DNA of 62,694 bases, counting the filler, from Globobulimina sp. (lineage: Eukaryota): assembly GCA_003354225.1 (NCBI GenBank). It is 14 parts of 14 records of this genome, joined end to end, with 100 filler letters (N's around TTAATTAATTAA, not from the genome) between each part and the next. Parts side by side here need not be neighbours in the genome. Positions count along the whole stretch, not along the records: positions 58,313 to 62,694 come from PIVH01001301.1; 13 more parts are not named here. One strand, 5' to 3'. The position numbers and the translations under genes were made by a program. The notes beneath the pieces are model-generated. The model saw only the letters and a program-made list of their open reading frames with translations. It was not told where the DNA came from and ran no database searches. Below are positions 62,428 through 62,694 of the stretch, one piece after another (positions within the stretch are counted from its first letter, which is position 1; every line of letters starts with the position of its first letter).

Positions 62428-62694
62428 TTATCACATTAGATTTCACCTACAAATTTTTTAGTGTTGGCTTATTTAAACATATGACATTTTGTTTCAATTT
62501 GTTTGTATTGACCGTTTATTTTACATTTAAATTAATATTCTCTTTCAAAAACATAAAATATTTGATTTGTCAGAAAACAGCGCCATACTGCCTGGCTTCT
62601 GTTTCTTTATTGAACACTGCTTGCGCCAATTCACGAGTCTGTTAATAATGGATCGATTTATGAGGGAGTGTGTACAGAAAATGTGAATGACAAA

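Noticed and set aside
62570-62640. Last exon of a convergent minus-strand gene (TRELAQAVFNKETEARQYGAVF*)
   Set aside because: Plausible but too short to identify or support
1-62694. A multi-gene system built from genes on different contigs (e.g. PolB + helicase + recombinase, or ART + WWE)
   Set aside because: Contigs are adjacent only because they were sorted by length; there is no physical linkage

Overview
This window is not one locus. It is 14 unrelated contigs of about 4.38 kb, sorted by length and joined by 100-bp artificial spacers (N44-TTAATTAATTAA-N44). Contigs: 1-4388, 4489-8876, 8977-13363, 13464-17850, 17951-22337, 22438-26824, 26925-31310, 31411-35795, 35896-40279, 40380-44763, 44864-49247, 49348-53730, 53831-58212, 58313-62694. 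Neighbourhood arguments hold only inside a contig. The DNA is eukaryotic and AT-rich. Most contigs are gene-dense with short (about 45-110 bp) GT-AG introns. A protist host, possibly rhizarian or foraminiferal, is my inference only. Contig 5 is repeat-rich and may come from another organism. Recognisable genes: ISCA1, PP2A B56 subunit, rhomboid protease, alpha/beta hydrolase, truncated PP2C, RPN12, kinesin, Kelch protein, phenylalanine hydroxylase, an ART-fold protein and NUP98-96. Mobile DNA: a spliced zinc-finger plus protein-primed PolB gene (Polinton-like), a Sola-like DNA transposon with long TIRs, a CRE-like non-LTR retrotransposon, an internally deleted Ngaro/DIRS element, a Tc1/mariner MITE and a fold-back 33-bp minisatellite. 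Top finding: a four-exon gene (28795-31124) fusing an ammonium transporter with intact pore residues to a C-terminal RGS domain, a candidate ammonium transceptor acting directly on heterotrimeric G proteins. All domain calls are by-eye motif recognition; no searches were run.
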